Below, in pieces: positions 8,759 to 18,848 of a stretch of DNA of 64,000 nucleotides; position 1 is the first letter of the stretch; each line of letters opens with the position of its first letter. The DNA lies in the NCBI GenBank assembly GCA_021735655.1, contig JAIPGM010000002.1, positions 32,001 through 96,000 on the forward strand, in the 5' to 3' direction. The position numbers and the translations under genes are program-made. The stretch comes from Candidatus Omnitrophota bacterium (lineage in GTDB: Bacteria > Omnitrophota > Gorgyraeia > Duberdicusellales > 4484-171). The notes beneath the pieces are model-generated. The model made no database searches. It had not been told where the DNA came from and worked only from the letters and a program-made list of their open reading frames with translations.

Positions 8759-9499
8759 ATGGTACGAAATATTGATAGCCAAGAAAGAGAAAATGAGATT
8801 CTCGGCTTAATTATTGAAAGTTATATTGAGCAGAGTAAGCCGATCAGTTCAGCTTATTTATGTGATAATCATAAGCTTAATTGTTCACCGGCAACGATTA
8901 GGAATGTAATGCTTTCTTTAGAGAGGAAGGGGCTCATTTCTCATATTCATACTTCAAGCGGCCGCGTGCCGACTAAGCAGGGTTTTAAGCACTACGTAGA
9001 AAGTTTAAAACAGGAAGAGCTTCAAAAGCAGCAGCCATCTAATCTTGATTTTCATTCACTTCCTGAGTCCAACATTGAAGAGGCAATTAATTATTCTTTA
9101 GATAGTTTAGCCAGTCTGAGTGGTTATGCTTCGTTGATTGCTGTTTCTGGACAGGATGAGCGGTTTTCTTATCGAGGGATGCGTTTTATATTAGAGCAGC
9201 CGGAGTTTGAGGATATCTCCAAACTCCGTCATATAATCTATGCTCTTGAAGTGAGGATGATCGATTTTCAGCATCTTCTTTTTGACTATATTGATGAGAA
9301 TATAAAGATACTTATTGGTGATGAGATCGGATTCGAAGAGATTTCTGATTGTTCTTTGATAGTCTCGGGAATTCACGAAAAAGGGGTTGCTCTTTCGCTG
9401 GCTCTTTTGGGTCCGATGCGGATGAATTATTCCAAAGCCGCATCATGTCTAAACTCAGTGAGAAATCAGCTTCGTGAAGTTGTTGAGGAGTTCGTATGA
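8759..9499 (+). CDS. hrcA: heat-inducible transcription repressor HrcA
   Basis: ATG at 8759 has the best AAGGAG spacing. The ORF track starts at TTG 8753. ..CSPATIRNVMLSLERKGLI..SGRVPT.. It is followed by grpE-dnaK-dnaJ. Somewhat shorter than typical HrcA. Confidence 0.85.
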   Translation: MVRNIDSQERENEILGLIIESYIEQSKPISSAYLCDNHKLNCSPATIRNVMLSLERKGLISHIHTSSGRVPTKQGFKHYVESLKQEELQKQQPSNLDFHSLPESNIEEAINYSLDSLASLSGYASLIAVSGQDERFSYRGMRFILEQPEFEDISKLRHIIYALEVRMIDFQHLLFDYIDENIKILIGDEIGFEEISDCSLIVSGIHEKGVALSLALLGPMRMNYSKAASCLNSVRNQLREVVEEFV

Positions 9500-10068
9500 C
9501 CAAGAAAAATAAAAAACAGACTTCAAAGGAAGAAGCGTTAGAGAAAATTCAAAAAGAGTGTGATGAGCTTCGCGATAGATACTTAAGGCTTCAGGCGGAG
9601 TTTGATAATTATCGTAAACGTTCATTGAAAGAAAGGGGTGATTTTGTTAAGTTTGCTAACGAAGGTTTAATTGTTGAGCTGTTAGGCATTCTTGATAACT
9701 TCGAGCGTGGCATAAAAGCAGCAGACCTAAAGAAGGATTTTGACCTTTTACATCAGGGTGTGGACATGATTTCAAAACAGCTGCACGGATTGCTAGAGAG
9801 CAAGGGTCTAAAGCGAATAAAAGCACTGGGTGAGAAGTTTGATCCACATCAACATGAAGCAATGCAGGTAGTTGAGACTGAAGGTGTCGAGCAGGACATG
9901 GTGATTGAGGAGATGCAACCGGGCTATTTGCTGAATGGGCGTATAGTCAGGCCAGCCAAGGTTAAAGTTGCTAAGGCAAAGGAAGAAAAAAAGGAAGACG
10001 CAGAGGAAGATATAATAGAAGATCAAACAGAAGAAGTGATAGAGGAAGATTTTAACAAGGGAGGTTAA
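9496..10068 (+). CDS. grpE: nucleotide exchange factor GrpE
   Basis: [12 protein letters not shown] motif. Position in the hrcA-grpE-dnaK-dnaJ operon. Confidence 0.9.
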   Translation: MTKKNKKQTSKEEALEKIQKECDELRDRYLRLQAEFDNYRKRSLKERGDFVKFANEGLIVELLGILDNFERGIKAADLKKDFDLLHQGVDMISKQLHGLLESKGLKRIKALGEKFDPHQHEAMQVVETEGVEQDMVIEEMQPGYLLNGRIVRPAKVKVAKAKEEKKEDAEEDIIEDQTEEVIEEDFNKGG

Positions 10069-10070
10069 TT

Positions 10071-11978
10071 ATGGCAAAAGTAATTGGAATTGATTTAGGG
10101 ACATCTAACTCATCAGCTGCAGTAATGGAGGGTGGCAGGCCAACAATAATTCCATCAGCTGAAGGAGCTGGCGTTGCAAGTGGAAAGGCTTTCCCTTCGG
10201 TAGTTGCCTTTACTAAAGATGGCCAGCGATTGGTTGGTGAACCAGCCAGGAGGCAGGCTTCAGTTAATCCCGAAGGAACAGTCTTGGCGGCCAAAAGAAA
10301 AATTGGAACAAACTTTAAATTCAGCGTTTATGGTAATGAATATACACCGCAGCAGATTTCAGCCTTTATTTTGCAAAAGATAAAGCAAGATGCTGAGAGT
10401 TATCTTGGTGATACGGTAACCGAGGCAGTGGTGACTGTACCAGCCTACTTTAATGATAATCAACGCCAAGCTACTAAAGATGCTGGAAAAATTGCCGGTT
10501 TAGAGGTTTTGCGAATTGTCAATGAGCCTACGGCGGCTTGTCTAGCTTATGGATTGAATAAGGTTGGTAAAGAACTCAAGATCATGGTTTTTGACTTTGG
10601 CGGTGGAACTCTAGATGTAACGGTTATGGAAATGTGGGCTGAAGGGGGCTTTAAAGTTCTCTCAACCTCCGGTGATACTCATCTTGGCGGAACTGACATG
10701 GACAAGGTTTTAATCGACCATATTGCCGAAGATTTTAAGAAACAGTCGGGCATTGATTTACGTAATGACAGTATGGCTATGCAACGTTTACGTGAAGCAG
10801 CTGAAAAGGCAAAGATAGAGCTTTCCAGCACCTTGACTACTGAGATAAATTTACCTTTTATTACTGCTGATCAATCAGGCCCTAAGCATCTTACAATTTC
10901 ACTCAATCGAGCTAAAGTCGAAGAGCTAGTTACGCCAATTATTGATAAGTGTAAGGCTCCGCTTCAGCAGGCTTTAGATGATGCTAAGTTGTCAGGTGGC
11001 GATATTGACAAAATTATAATGGTCGGTGGACCGACTCGGATGCCGATTGTTCAAAAGTTTCTTGAAGATTATGTCGGTAAAAAGATTGAACGGGGTATTG
11101 ATCCGATGGAGTGCGTTTCAATGGGTGCTGCAGTCCAGGCATCAATCATCAAGGGTGATACTAAAGATGTTTTGCTTTTGGATGTTACACCGCTTTCTTT
11201 AGGTATTGAAACTCTAGGCGGAGTATCAACTAAATTAATCGAAAGAAACACAACGATTCCGACTAAGAAGAGCCAGGTTTTTTCAACCGCTGAAAGCAAT
11301 CAGCCGGCAGTTACAATAAGGGTTCTGCAAGGGGAGCGGCCAATGGCTAGTGATAATATTGAGCTTGGTCGGTTTGACTTAGTGGGAATCCCACCGGCAC
11401 CACGCGGAGTGCCCCAGATAGAAGTTACTTTTGATATTGACGCTAACGGAATAGTTCATGTTACCGCCAAAGACAAAGGTACCGGAAAAGAGCAGTCAGT
11501 TCGGATAACTGCCCCGGATAAGTTATCTGAGGCTGATGTTGAAAAAATGGTTAAAGAGGCTGATAAGTATGCCGATGAAGATAAACAACGAAAAGAAGCA
11601 GCCGAGTTAAAGAATAAGGCTGATACTTTAGTTTATTCGACTGAGAAGTCGCTTAAGGACTACGGCGATAAGATTTCTGAAGGTGACAAAACTGATATTC
11701 AGAATAAACTTGATGCTTTAAGGGAGACTTTAAAGTTAAAAGAAGCAACTAAAGAGCAGATTGAAAAAGGCCTTGATGAATTAACTAAGGCTTCTCATAA
11801 GCTAGCTGAACAGGTTTATAAGGCTCAGAGTGCTCAGCAACAAGGGGCTCAAGATGCCGGAGCCGCTGGCCAAGGTCAGGCTGGCCCAGAAGCTAGTCAG
11901 CAACAAGATCCACAAACTGGCTCAAAAGATGATAATGTTGTTGATGCTGAATATAAGGAAGAAGATAACAAGCAGTAA
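10071..11978 (+). CDS. dnaK: molecular chaperone DnaK (Hsp70)
   Basis: [32 protein letters not shown] and other Hsp70 signatures. 635 aa. Confidence 0.97.
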   Translation: MAKVIGIDLGTSNSSAAVMEGGRPTIIPSAEGAGVASGKAFPSVVAFTKDGQRLVGEPARRQASVNPEGTVLAAKRKIGTNFKFSVYGNEYTPQQISAFILQKIKQDAESYLGDTVTEAVVTVPAYFNDNQRQATKDAGKIAGLEVLRIVNEPTAACLAYGLNKVGKELKIMVFDFGGGTLDVTVMEMWAEGGFKVLSTSGDTHLGGTDMDKVLIDHIAEDFKKQSGIDLRNDSMAMQRLREAAEKAKIELSSTLTTEINLPFITADQSGPKHLTISLNRAKVEELVTPIIDKCKAPLQQALDDAKLSGGDIDKIIMVGGPTRMPIVQKFLEDYVGKKIERGIDPMECVSMGAAVQASIIKGDTKDVLLLDVTPLSLGIETLGGVSTKLIERNTTIPTKKSQVFSTAESNQPAVTIRVLQGERPMASDNIELGRFDLVGIPPAPRGVPQIEVTFDIDANGIVHVTAKDKGTGKEQSVRITAPDKLSEADVEKMVKEADKYADEDKQRKEAAELKNKADTLVYSTEKSLKDYGDKISEGDKTDIQNKLDALRETLKLKEATKEQIEKGLDELTKASHKLAEQVYKAQSAQQQGAQDAGAAGQGQAGPEASQQQDPQTGSKDDNVVDAEYKEEDNKQ

Positions 11979-11983
11979 TCATA

Positions 11984-13081
11984 ATGAGTACTGCTAAAGA
12001 TTATTATGAAGTTATTGGGTTGAGCAAGGGTGCGACCGTTGATGAGGTTAAGAAGGCTTATCGGCAGTTGGTAATGAAGCATCATCCTGATCGAGTGCCT
12101 GAAAATCAGAAAAAAGTCGCTGAAGAAAAGTTTAAAGAAATCTCTGAAGCATATGCGGTTTTAAGCGATCCTCAGAAAAAGCAGCTTTATGATCAATATG
12201 GTCATGCTGGAATAGACTCTCGTTATTCAACTGAAGATATTTTCCGCGGCGCAGACTTTTCAAGTATATTCGGCAATGCCGGCGGAGGCCTTGGTGGAAT
12301 TTTTGAGAGCTTATTTTCTAACTCTGGAGTGTTTGGTGGATCGGGATTTTCTGGATCTGGCCGGACGCGTTCCGGCGAGGATCTTCAGATTCAAGTTACG
12401 ATAAGTCTCGATGAGGCCTACCGAGGCGTAGAAAAGGATATTTCCTTTGGCCGGAATGATAATTGTTCCCATTGTTCAGGAAGTGGTGCTGAACCTGGAT
12501 CAAGGAAGCAAACTTGTTCTACTTGTCGGGGAAGAGGCCAGGTTAGCGCAGGGTTGGGAGGTTTTATTAATTTTGCTCAAACCTGCCCTAATTGCCAAGG
12601 TCAGGGCGAGATTATTAAAAATCGCTGCAAGAAGTGTTCAGGAGCCGGCAGGATAAAGGTTAAGAAAAATCTTAAAGTTACTATTCCGAAAGGGGTTGAT
12701 AGCGGATCGGTTTTACGCCTAAGGGCTGAAGGAAGTTGGGCATCTGGAGCTAGAGGTGATTTATATATTTACATCAATGTTAGAACCCATCCGCAGTTTA
12801 AACGCCAGGGTGATACGATACTTTGTGCGGTAAAGTTAAATGTTATCCAGGCAATACTGGGAGCTGAAATTGAAGTTCCTACTTTGTCTGGCAAAGTTAT
12901 GATGAAGATTCCGCCAGGTACCCAGCCCAATACGGTATTTAGGTTAAAAGGAAAAGGAATAATTGATTTACATTCAAAACGTCCGGGAGATGAGCTTATC
13001 GAAGTAGAAATAGAGATACCTAAGAAGCTATCTTCTCGAGAAAAAAAGCTCATTGAGCAATGGGCAAAATTAATAGGATGA
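11984..13081 (+). CDS. dnaJ: molecular chaperone DnaJ
   Basis: J-domain with HPD, G/F-rich region, and four CxxCxGxG zinc-finger repeats. Confidence 0.95.
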   Translation: MSTAKDYYEVIGLSKGATVDEVKKAYRQLVMKHHPDRVPENQKKVAEEKFKEISEAYAVLSDPQKKQLYDQYGHAGIDSRYSTEDIFRGADFSSIFGNAGGGLGGIFESLFSNSGVFGGSGFSGSGRTRSGEDLQIQVTISLDEAYRGVEKDISFGRNDNCSHCSGSGAEPGSRKQTCSTCRGRGQVSAGLGGFINFAQTCPNCQGQGEIIKNRCKKCSGAGRIKVKKNLKVTIPKGVDSGSVLRLRAEGSWASGARGDLYIYINVRTHPQFKRQGDTILCAVKLNVIQAILGAEIEVPTLSGKVMMKIPPGTQPNTVFRLKGKGIIDLHSKRPGDELIEVEIEIPKKLSSREKKLIEQWAKLIG

Positions 13082-13093
13082 GGGAGTGATAAT

Positions 13094-13372
13094 ATGCCAA
13101 CTTACGATTACCAATGTTTAGATTGCGGAGATCATTTTGAACTTTTCCAGAATATGAGCGATAAAGTGCTCAAGGCTTGCCCGAAATGTAAGGGTAAAGT
13201 TAAAAGGTTAATTGGCTCAGGGAGTGGTTTGATTTTTAAGGGAAGTGGATTTTACGCAACAGACTACAAAAAACAGAATAAAAGTTCCAATAGCAAAAAG
13301 GTATCTTCGCCAGATTGTTCTGGATGCAAGGATGCTCCTAAGTGCCCGCAAGGCAAGATAAACAAAGAATAA
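13094..13372 (+). CDS. FmdB-family zinc-ribbon protein
   Basis: MPTYDYQCLDCGDHFE...CPKCKG N-terminal zinc ribbon typical of the FmdB family. Confidence 0.8.
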   Translation: MPTYDYQCLDCGDHFELFQNMSDKVLKACPKCKGKVKRLIGSGSGLIFKGSGFYATDYKKQNKSSNSKKVSSPDCSGCKDAPKCPQGKINKE

Positions 13373-13381
13373 GGAGGTTTT

Positions 13382-14578
13382 ATGCCTAAAACAGTAAAAC
13401 CGTTAAAGGCTACTTATTATAATCCGGCTATCTTTAAGGACTATTCTAGATTGGTTTCTCCACCTTATGATGTAATTAATAAAGACAAATTAAAAAGTTT
13501 ACGTAAAAAGTCTCCCTATAATTATTCCCGAGTTCTTTTGGCTGATCGAGGTGACTATAAGCAAGTAGCCGTCCGGCTTAAGAAATGGCTGGATTCACAA
13601 ATACTAGTTGACGATCAGAGCGAGAGTTTTTATATTTATGAGCAGACTTTTAAGGTTGAAGGGAAAACTTTTCGACGTTTTGGTGTTTTTTCTCTTTTAC
13701 GGATGGATAAAAAAGGTATTTTTCCTCACGAACATACCTTAAGTGCTCCGAAAAAAGATCGTAAAGCAATAATTGAATCAACTAAGGCTAACTTAGGTCC
13801 GATATTCGTTATCGCTACTAAAGAGCTGAATAAATTAAAGAAAGTCTATAATAACTGTCGTCAGCAAAAGCCTCTCTTTAAGTGTCAAGATAGCTTCACC
13901 GGTTTGAATAAGGTTTGGAAGATTTCCGATAAGCGGCAGGTTGCCAGTATTTGTCAGGATATTTCTAATTCAAAAATAGTTATCGCTGACGGACATCATC
14001 GTTTTGAAACTTCTTTTAATTATTTTAAAAATAATAAAGATAAATTTAAAGATTTAAATTATGTTTTGGCTTATATTACTCCGCCGCAAGAGGGATTAGT
14101 AATTCTGCCTACTCATCGGGTTTTAGCTGCTAATAAATCAACAGCATTGATTCCTGATAAATTAAAGAAATATTTTCGTATTGAGAAAATTTCAAAATCA
14201 GGGTTGGATAAAAAGTTGAAGTCCCGAGGGCCTTTTTGCCTGGGCCTATATCATCAGGATAAATTTTTATTTTTAGAGTTGAAAGATGAGCGACTTTTAG
14301 ATAGAATACCCAATAAACTTTTTCGGCAGTTAGATACTTATATTTTTCATAAATTGATATTGCCGATGTTTAAGTTAGACGGCGCAATTGAATATACCCA
14401 TAGTCTTGCTGAGGCTAAAAAAATGGCCGGTAAAACAAAAATCGGTTTTCTTTTACGGGCAGTACCTTTAGAAACTGTGTTAAAAATATCACGAAAAGGT
14501 TTTAAGTTTCCCCAAAAATCAACATATTTCTATCCGAAAATTTTATCGGGTTTGCTGATAAGGAGGTTTGGAGTTTGA
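13382..14578 (+). CDS. DUF1015 family protein
   Basis: N-terminal ..KPLKATYYNP....VSPPYDVINKDKL.. matches the DUF1015 signature. 398 aa. Confidence 0.6.
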   Translation: MPKTVKPLKATYYNPAIFKDYSRLVSPPYDVINKDKLKSLRKKSPYNYSRVLLADRGDYKQVAVRLKKWLDSQILVDDQSESFYIYEQTFKVEGKTFRRFGVFSLLRMDKKGIFPHEHTLSAPKKDRKAIIESTKANLGPIFVIATKELNKLKKVYNNCRQQKPLFKCQDSFTGLNKVWKISDKRQVASICQDISNSKIVIADGHHRFETSFNYFKNNKDKFKDLNYVLAYITPPQEGLVILPTHRVLAANKSTALIPDKLKKYFRIEKISKSGLDKKLKSRGPFCLGLYHQDKFLFLELKDERLLDRIPNKLFRQLDTYIFHKLILPMFKLDGAIEYTHSLAEAKKMAGKTKIGFLLRAVPLETVLKISRKGFKFPQKSTYFYPKILSGLLIRRFGV

Positions 14579-15411
14579 GAATATTTAAGAAGACTTTTGG
14601 TGGCCCGAAGAAACAGAAGAAAAACATTCCTGACGGCTTGTGGAGCAAATGTCCGAGCTGTTCGCATCTTGTTTTCAATAAACTATTAGAGGAAAATTCA
14701 AAGGTTTGTCCAAAATGCAGCCATCATTTTTTGCTTACTTGCTGGGAACGAATAGCCTTGATGACCGATAAGGATAGTTTTAATGAGATATCAGCTGGGT
14801 TAACCTCACGTGATCCGCTTGAATTCGCCGGCCCTAAGACTTATCGTACTAAACTAGAGGAAGCAACTAAAGCAACTGGATTAAAGGAAGCGGCTGTAGT
14901 CGGTGAGGCTAAAATAGAGGATAAACCAATTGCTTTGGGTGTCACTGATTCTCGTTTCATTATGGGCTCAATGGGTTCGGTGGTTGGTGAAAAAATAACC
15001 CGGATAGCCGAACTTGCTTTAGCTAAACATATTCCTTTAATAATTGTTTCTGGTTCTGGTGGCGGAGCAAGGATGTATGAGGGCATGCTTAGCCTTATGC
15101 AGATGGCAAAAACTAGCGGTGCCTTGGCGAGGCTTAAAGAGGAAAATATTCCCTTTATTTCAATTCTTACTAATCCGACTATGGCCGGAGTTATGGCTTC
15201 TTTTGCCGGTTTAGGCGATGTAACTATTGCTGAGCCCGGTGCTTTAATCGGGTTTACTGGTCCGCGAGTAATTAAACAAACGATAAAACAGGATTTACCT
15301 AAGGGGTTTCAGACTTCAGAGTTCAACTTAAAGCACGGAATGATCGATATGGTCGTGCCAAGGAAAGAGCTGAAAGCAATTTTAGCTAAATTGCTTTATT
15401 ATTTATCTTGA
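14575..15411 (+). CDS. accD: acetyl-CoA carboxylase carboxyltransferase subunit beta
   Basis: N-terminal C4 zinc finger (CPSCSH...CPKCSHH) followed by a carboxyltransferase domain. Confidence 0.9.
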   Translation: MRIFKKTFGGPKKQKKNIPDGLWSKCPSCSHLVFNKLLEENSKVCPKCSHHFLLTCWERIALMTDKDSFNEISAGLTSRDPLEFAGPKTYRTKLEEATKATGLKEAAVVGEAKIEDKPIALGVTDSRFIMGSMGSVVGEKITRIAELALAKHIPLIIVSGSGGGARMYEGMLSLMQMAKTSGALARLKEENIPFISILTNPTMAGVMASFAGLGDVTIAEPGALIGFTGPRVIKQTIKQDLPKGFQTSEFNLKHGMIDMVVPRKELKAILAKLLYYLS

Positions 15412-15444
15412 CATAAATCCCTTTAAAACTTACAATTTTAACTT

Positions 15445-16548
15445 ATGGCTGAAGTAGTTTTAAAAAATATCACTAAATCTTACGCTAGCGGAGCTGACGC
15501 GGTTAAAGATATAAACCTTAAAGTAGAGGATAAGGAGTTTGTAGTTTTAGTTGGTCCCTCTGGTTGCGGTAAATCGACTACTTTGAGGATGATTGCCGGC
15601 CTTGAGCAGCCAACCAAAGGCGAAATTTATGTCGCTGATAAATTAGTAAATGAAGTTCCGGCAAAGGATAGGGATATTGCCATGGTTTTTCAAAACTATG
15701 CTCTTTATCCTCATATGAACGTTTACAATAATATGGCTTTTGCTCTGAAGTTACGTAACTATTCTCGTGAAGATATAGATACTCGGGTTAAAGATGCTGC
15801 TGAGATTTTGGGAATAAGTGCCTTAGTTGATAGAAGACCGCGACAAATTTCCGGTGGTGAACGCCAGAGAGTTGCCGTCGGAAGAGCAATCGTCCGGAAA
15901 CCTCAAGTATTCCTTTTTGATGAACCCTTGAGTAATCTTGATGCTAAGATGCGGGTTCAGATGCGAACTGAGATTCATAAGCTTCATTTAAAAATTCAGA
16001 CCACAATGATTTATGTAACTCACGATCAAACTGAGGCTATGACTTTAGGAGATCGAATTGCAGTAATGAAGGATGGTGAGATTTTACAATTTGATACACC
16101 GCTGAATGTTTATGATAATCCAGTCAGTAAGTTTGTTGCCGGATTTATTGGTTCACCGCCAATGAACTTTATGAATGGTAAAATGGTTAAAGATGATTCT
16201 GGTCTTTATTTTGACGAAGGAAGTTTTCGGGTCAGAGCTTTAGATGAGATGTATGAAAAGCTAAATGCTTATGCCGGAAAAGACATTATTTTTGGAATAC
16301 GTCCAGAAAATATTTACGATAAACTTTTTGCTTCTTATGCAACTGCCGATAATACCCTAAGTGTCCTTTGTGAGGTTATGGAAACTATGGGTTCGCAAAA
16401 CCATCTTCATTTCTCTACCGGAAAACACACCCTGATAGCTGTAGTTGAAGCCTCTAATAAACCTTCTATCGGAAGTATGGTTGAAGTAGTTTTCGATATG
16501 AGGAAAGTCCATTTTTTTGATCCTTCAAACGAACGTATCATTGTATAA
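15445..16548 (+). CDS. sugar ABC transporter ATP-binding protein (MalK/UgpC type)
   Basis: Walker A GPSGCGKST, signature LSGGERQRVA, Walker B LFDEPLSNLD, and a C-terminal TOBE-like domain. Confidence 0.85.
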   Translation: MAEVVLKNITKSYASGADAVKDINLKVEDKEFVVLVGPSGCGKSTTLRMIAGLEQPTKGEIYVADKLVNEVPAKDRDIAMVFQNYALYPHMNVYNNMAFALKLRNYSREDIDTRVKDAAEILGISALVDRRPRQISGGERQRVAVGRAIVRKPQVFLFDEPLSNLDAKMRVQMRTEIHKLHLKIQTTMIYVTHDQTEAMTLGDRIAVMKDGEILQFDTPLNVYDNPVSKFVAGFIGSPPMNFMNGKMVKDDSGLYFDEGSFRVRALDEMYEKLNAYAGKDIIFGIRPENIYDKLFASYATADNTLSVLCEVMETMGSQNHLHFSTGKHTLIAVVEASNKPSIGSMVEVVFDMRKVHFFDPSNERIIV

Positions 16549-17800
16549 GCGTAATATTCTTATAAGCTTACCGTTTCTATTAATAACTTCAGTCATTTTA
16601 TCTCTCCATCCCAAAGGGGGACCTCTCTTTTTAATTCCAGCCGCAGTCAGCATTGTGATATTTATAGTTGTCTGCAAGATCCGAACTTTTATTATTTCTC
16701 AGCATCAAGGTGAATTTGAGAATTTTGATGAAAAAATAAATATTTTAAATAAAAGCATCGAAGAGAAAAATAAGATTTTGAACTCGTTTCCTAAAAAAAG
16801 TGAGCGAGCTTCCTTCCTTTTTGATATTTCTAAGAGTTTAATTGAACTAATTGAACTGGAAGAAATTTTTAATTCATTAATTAAAATCCTGGAAAAACTT
16901 TTTCCCGAAGCCGACAGTATTTTGATTTTCAGTTTTGACAAGGAAGGCGGGGCCTTAGAGCTTAAGCACTCTCTGAAACGTAAATTTAATACGATAAAAG
17001 AGAAAAAAGGCAGTAGCTTGGATAACTGGGTATTACATCAAAATCGTTCGCTGTTGATTGAAGATATTACTAAAGATTTTCGTTTCGATGCATCTAAGCT
17101 TACGGCTTATTATGAGCGTCGAGCACATTCATTCGTTTTAAGTCCTTTGTCGGTTGGCCGCAGGTCATTGGGGTTGGTGCGGATTGAAAGCCAAAGGCCA
17201 GGGGAGTTTTCTTTAGACGATTCAAGGCTCCTGCGGAATGTTTGTGATTTGGGCGTAGTGGTTCTGGAGCGTTCAGTTCTTTTTAAAAAAATTAAGGAGT
17301 TAGCCACCAAGGATGCTTTAACCGGACTATTTGTGCGTAGTTATTTTTCAGAGTATTTTTCGAGAGAATTAAAACTTATTCAGCGCCAAAACGGTAGGCT
17401 AGGCCTGATTATGCTTGATATTGATGATTTCAAAAAAATAAACGATACTCATGGTCATGTAGTGGGTGATTTGGTTATAGTGAAATTAGCTGACATTTTG
17501 CAAAAGAGTCTCACTAAAAGATCCGGTATAGTTTCTCGGTTTGGTGGAGAAGAGTTTACATTGCTTTTGCTTGAAATCAGCCTTAAAGAGCTTGTTGCTT
17601 GCGCTGAGGAAATTCGTTATGCAGTCGCGGCAGCCAATTTAGCATTTCGCAGAAAGAAAATTCAGTTTACAGTTTCTTTAGGGGCGGCTCTTTATCCGGA
17701 CAATGCTACAACGCCTACTGGATTAATTGAGGAGGCCGATCGAGCACTCTATAAGGCTAAACGGGAGGGTAAGAACAAGACGTGTTATTCTGGACAGTAA
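16517..17800 (+). CDS. membrane-anchored GAF-GGDEF diguanylate cyclase
   Basis: N-terminal TM, central GAF-like region, and C-terminal GGDEF with an intact RFGGEEF active site. The start is uncertain: the track uses TTG overlapping the upstream stop. Confidence 0.75.
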   Translation: MILQTNVSLYKRNILISLPFLLITSVILSLHPKGGPLFLIPAAVSIVIFIVVCKIRTFIISQHQGEFENFDEKINILNKSIEEKNKILNSFPKKSERASFLFDISKSLIELIELEEIFNSLIKILEKLFPEADSILIFSFDKEGGALELKHSLKRKFNTIKEKKGSSLDNWVLHQNRSLLIEDITKDFRFDASKLTAYYERRAHSFVLSPLSVGRRSLGLVRIESQRPGEFSLDDSRLLRNVCDLGVVVLERSVLFKKIKELATKDALTGLFVRSYFSEYFSRELKLIQRQNGRLGLIMLDIDDFKKINDTHGHVVGDLVIVKLADILQKSLTKRSGIVSRFGGEEFTLLLLEISLKELVACAEEIRYAVAAANLAFRRKKIQFTVSLGAALYPDNATTPTGLIEEADRALYKAKREGKNKTCYSGQ

Positions 17801-18750
17801 TAGCTATTGGGGAAGTAATTTTTTTAATCGAGGCTATTGTTTTTTTAGTTTGGTTCCGTAGTCAGGCTAACAAGAAGCGAGAAAATCTGTCTAAACAGGT
17901 TGCAAGTTTAGAAGCATCCGAATTCCAAATAAGAACAAAACTTGATAACTTGGAATCTATTCTTGCTGAGCGTTTTCTTTTTTATGATATGACCCGCCGG
18001 CTCGCTCCTTTACTTGATAAAAAAGAGCTTTTTGCTAATTTTTTGCAAGAGTTAAGCTATCTTGGTCCGATTGAGACAATGGAATTGTCGACAGAAATAA
18101 TGCCCGAGGAGTACTTGAGGTTTGAACTAGGCAAGGGGGTTAGGGAGGTATTGTATTTAAAGACAAGCTCAAAGAAGGTTGCTGAATATGCTTCTTACTT
18201 TGTAAAGATATTGCGTTTATGTCTTGAGCGTATTCGTCTTTATGATCGATTACAGCAGCTGTCTATTTACGATTCTTTAACTAAGATTTATAATCGTCGC
18301 CATTTCATGCAAAGATTTCAAGAGGAATTTGAACGGGCTAAAAAGTTTAAGCATAATTTGGCATTCCTAATGATTGATATTGATCATTTTAAAAAAGTTA
18401 ATGATACCTATGGTCATTTAGTCGGTGACGTAATCTTAAGAGAGGTTGCTCGTTTGATTAAAAAGAGTACAAGAGGAATAGACTTAGTAGCTCGTTTTGG
18501 CGGAGAGGAGTTCTCGGTAGTTTTGCCGGAGACCGACAAAGGCGGCGCAATTATGCTGGCCGAGCGTATTAATCAACATATTAATCGAGCACCAATTAGT
18601 GCTTTTGACGAAAAAATTATAACAAAGGTAAGCGTTGGGGTTGCCTCTTACCCTGAGAATGCGGTTAATTCTGATATTCTTCTTGAAGTTGCTGATAAGG
18701 CTCTTTATAAGGCTAAAATTTCCGGTCGCAATCGGGTTTCTTGGTTTTAG
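17782..18750 (+). CDS. GGDEF diguanylate cyclase with N-terminal TM helix
   Basis: GGDEF domain with ARFGGEEF and an upstream RxxD (RGID) I-site. GTG start overlapping the previous stop. Confidence 0.75.
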   Translation: MLFWTVIAIGEVIFLIEAIVFLVWFRSQANKKRENLSKQVASLEASEFQIRTKLDNLESILAERFLFYDMTRRLAPLLDKKELFANFLQELSYLGPIETMELSTEIMPEEYLRFELGKGVREVLYLKTSSKKVAEYASYFVKILRLCLERIRLYDRLQQLSIYDSLTKIYNRRHFMQRFQEEFERAKKFKHNLAFLMIDIDHFKKVNDTYGHLVGDVILREVARLIKKSTRGIDLVARFGGEEFSVVLPETDKGGAIMLAERINQHINRAPISAFDEKIITKVSVGVASYPENAVNSDILLEVADKALYKAKISGRNRVSWF

Positions 18751-18848
18751 ATTAAAAACATCTCAGTTTATACTATTTAATATTATAAATAATTAAGATT
18801 GATATTTTCAGTAATTTGTAGATAATAAGATACTTAAGGAGTTAATTA

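Noticed and set aside
10052-10294. Antisense or overlapping small ORFs inside strong housekeeping genes: 10052..10294(-), 11069..11299(-), 11897..12085(-), 12447..12656(+), 12769..13053(-), 14841..15086(-), 9191..9503(-), 7730..7915(-), 4478..4663(-)
   Set aside because: They are embedded in or antisense to clearly conserved CDS (dnaK, dnaJ, accD, hrcA, grpE, hflX, miaB-like). They have no RBS or independent support, and are typical frame noise.
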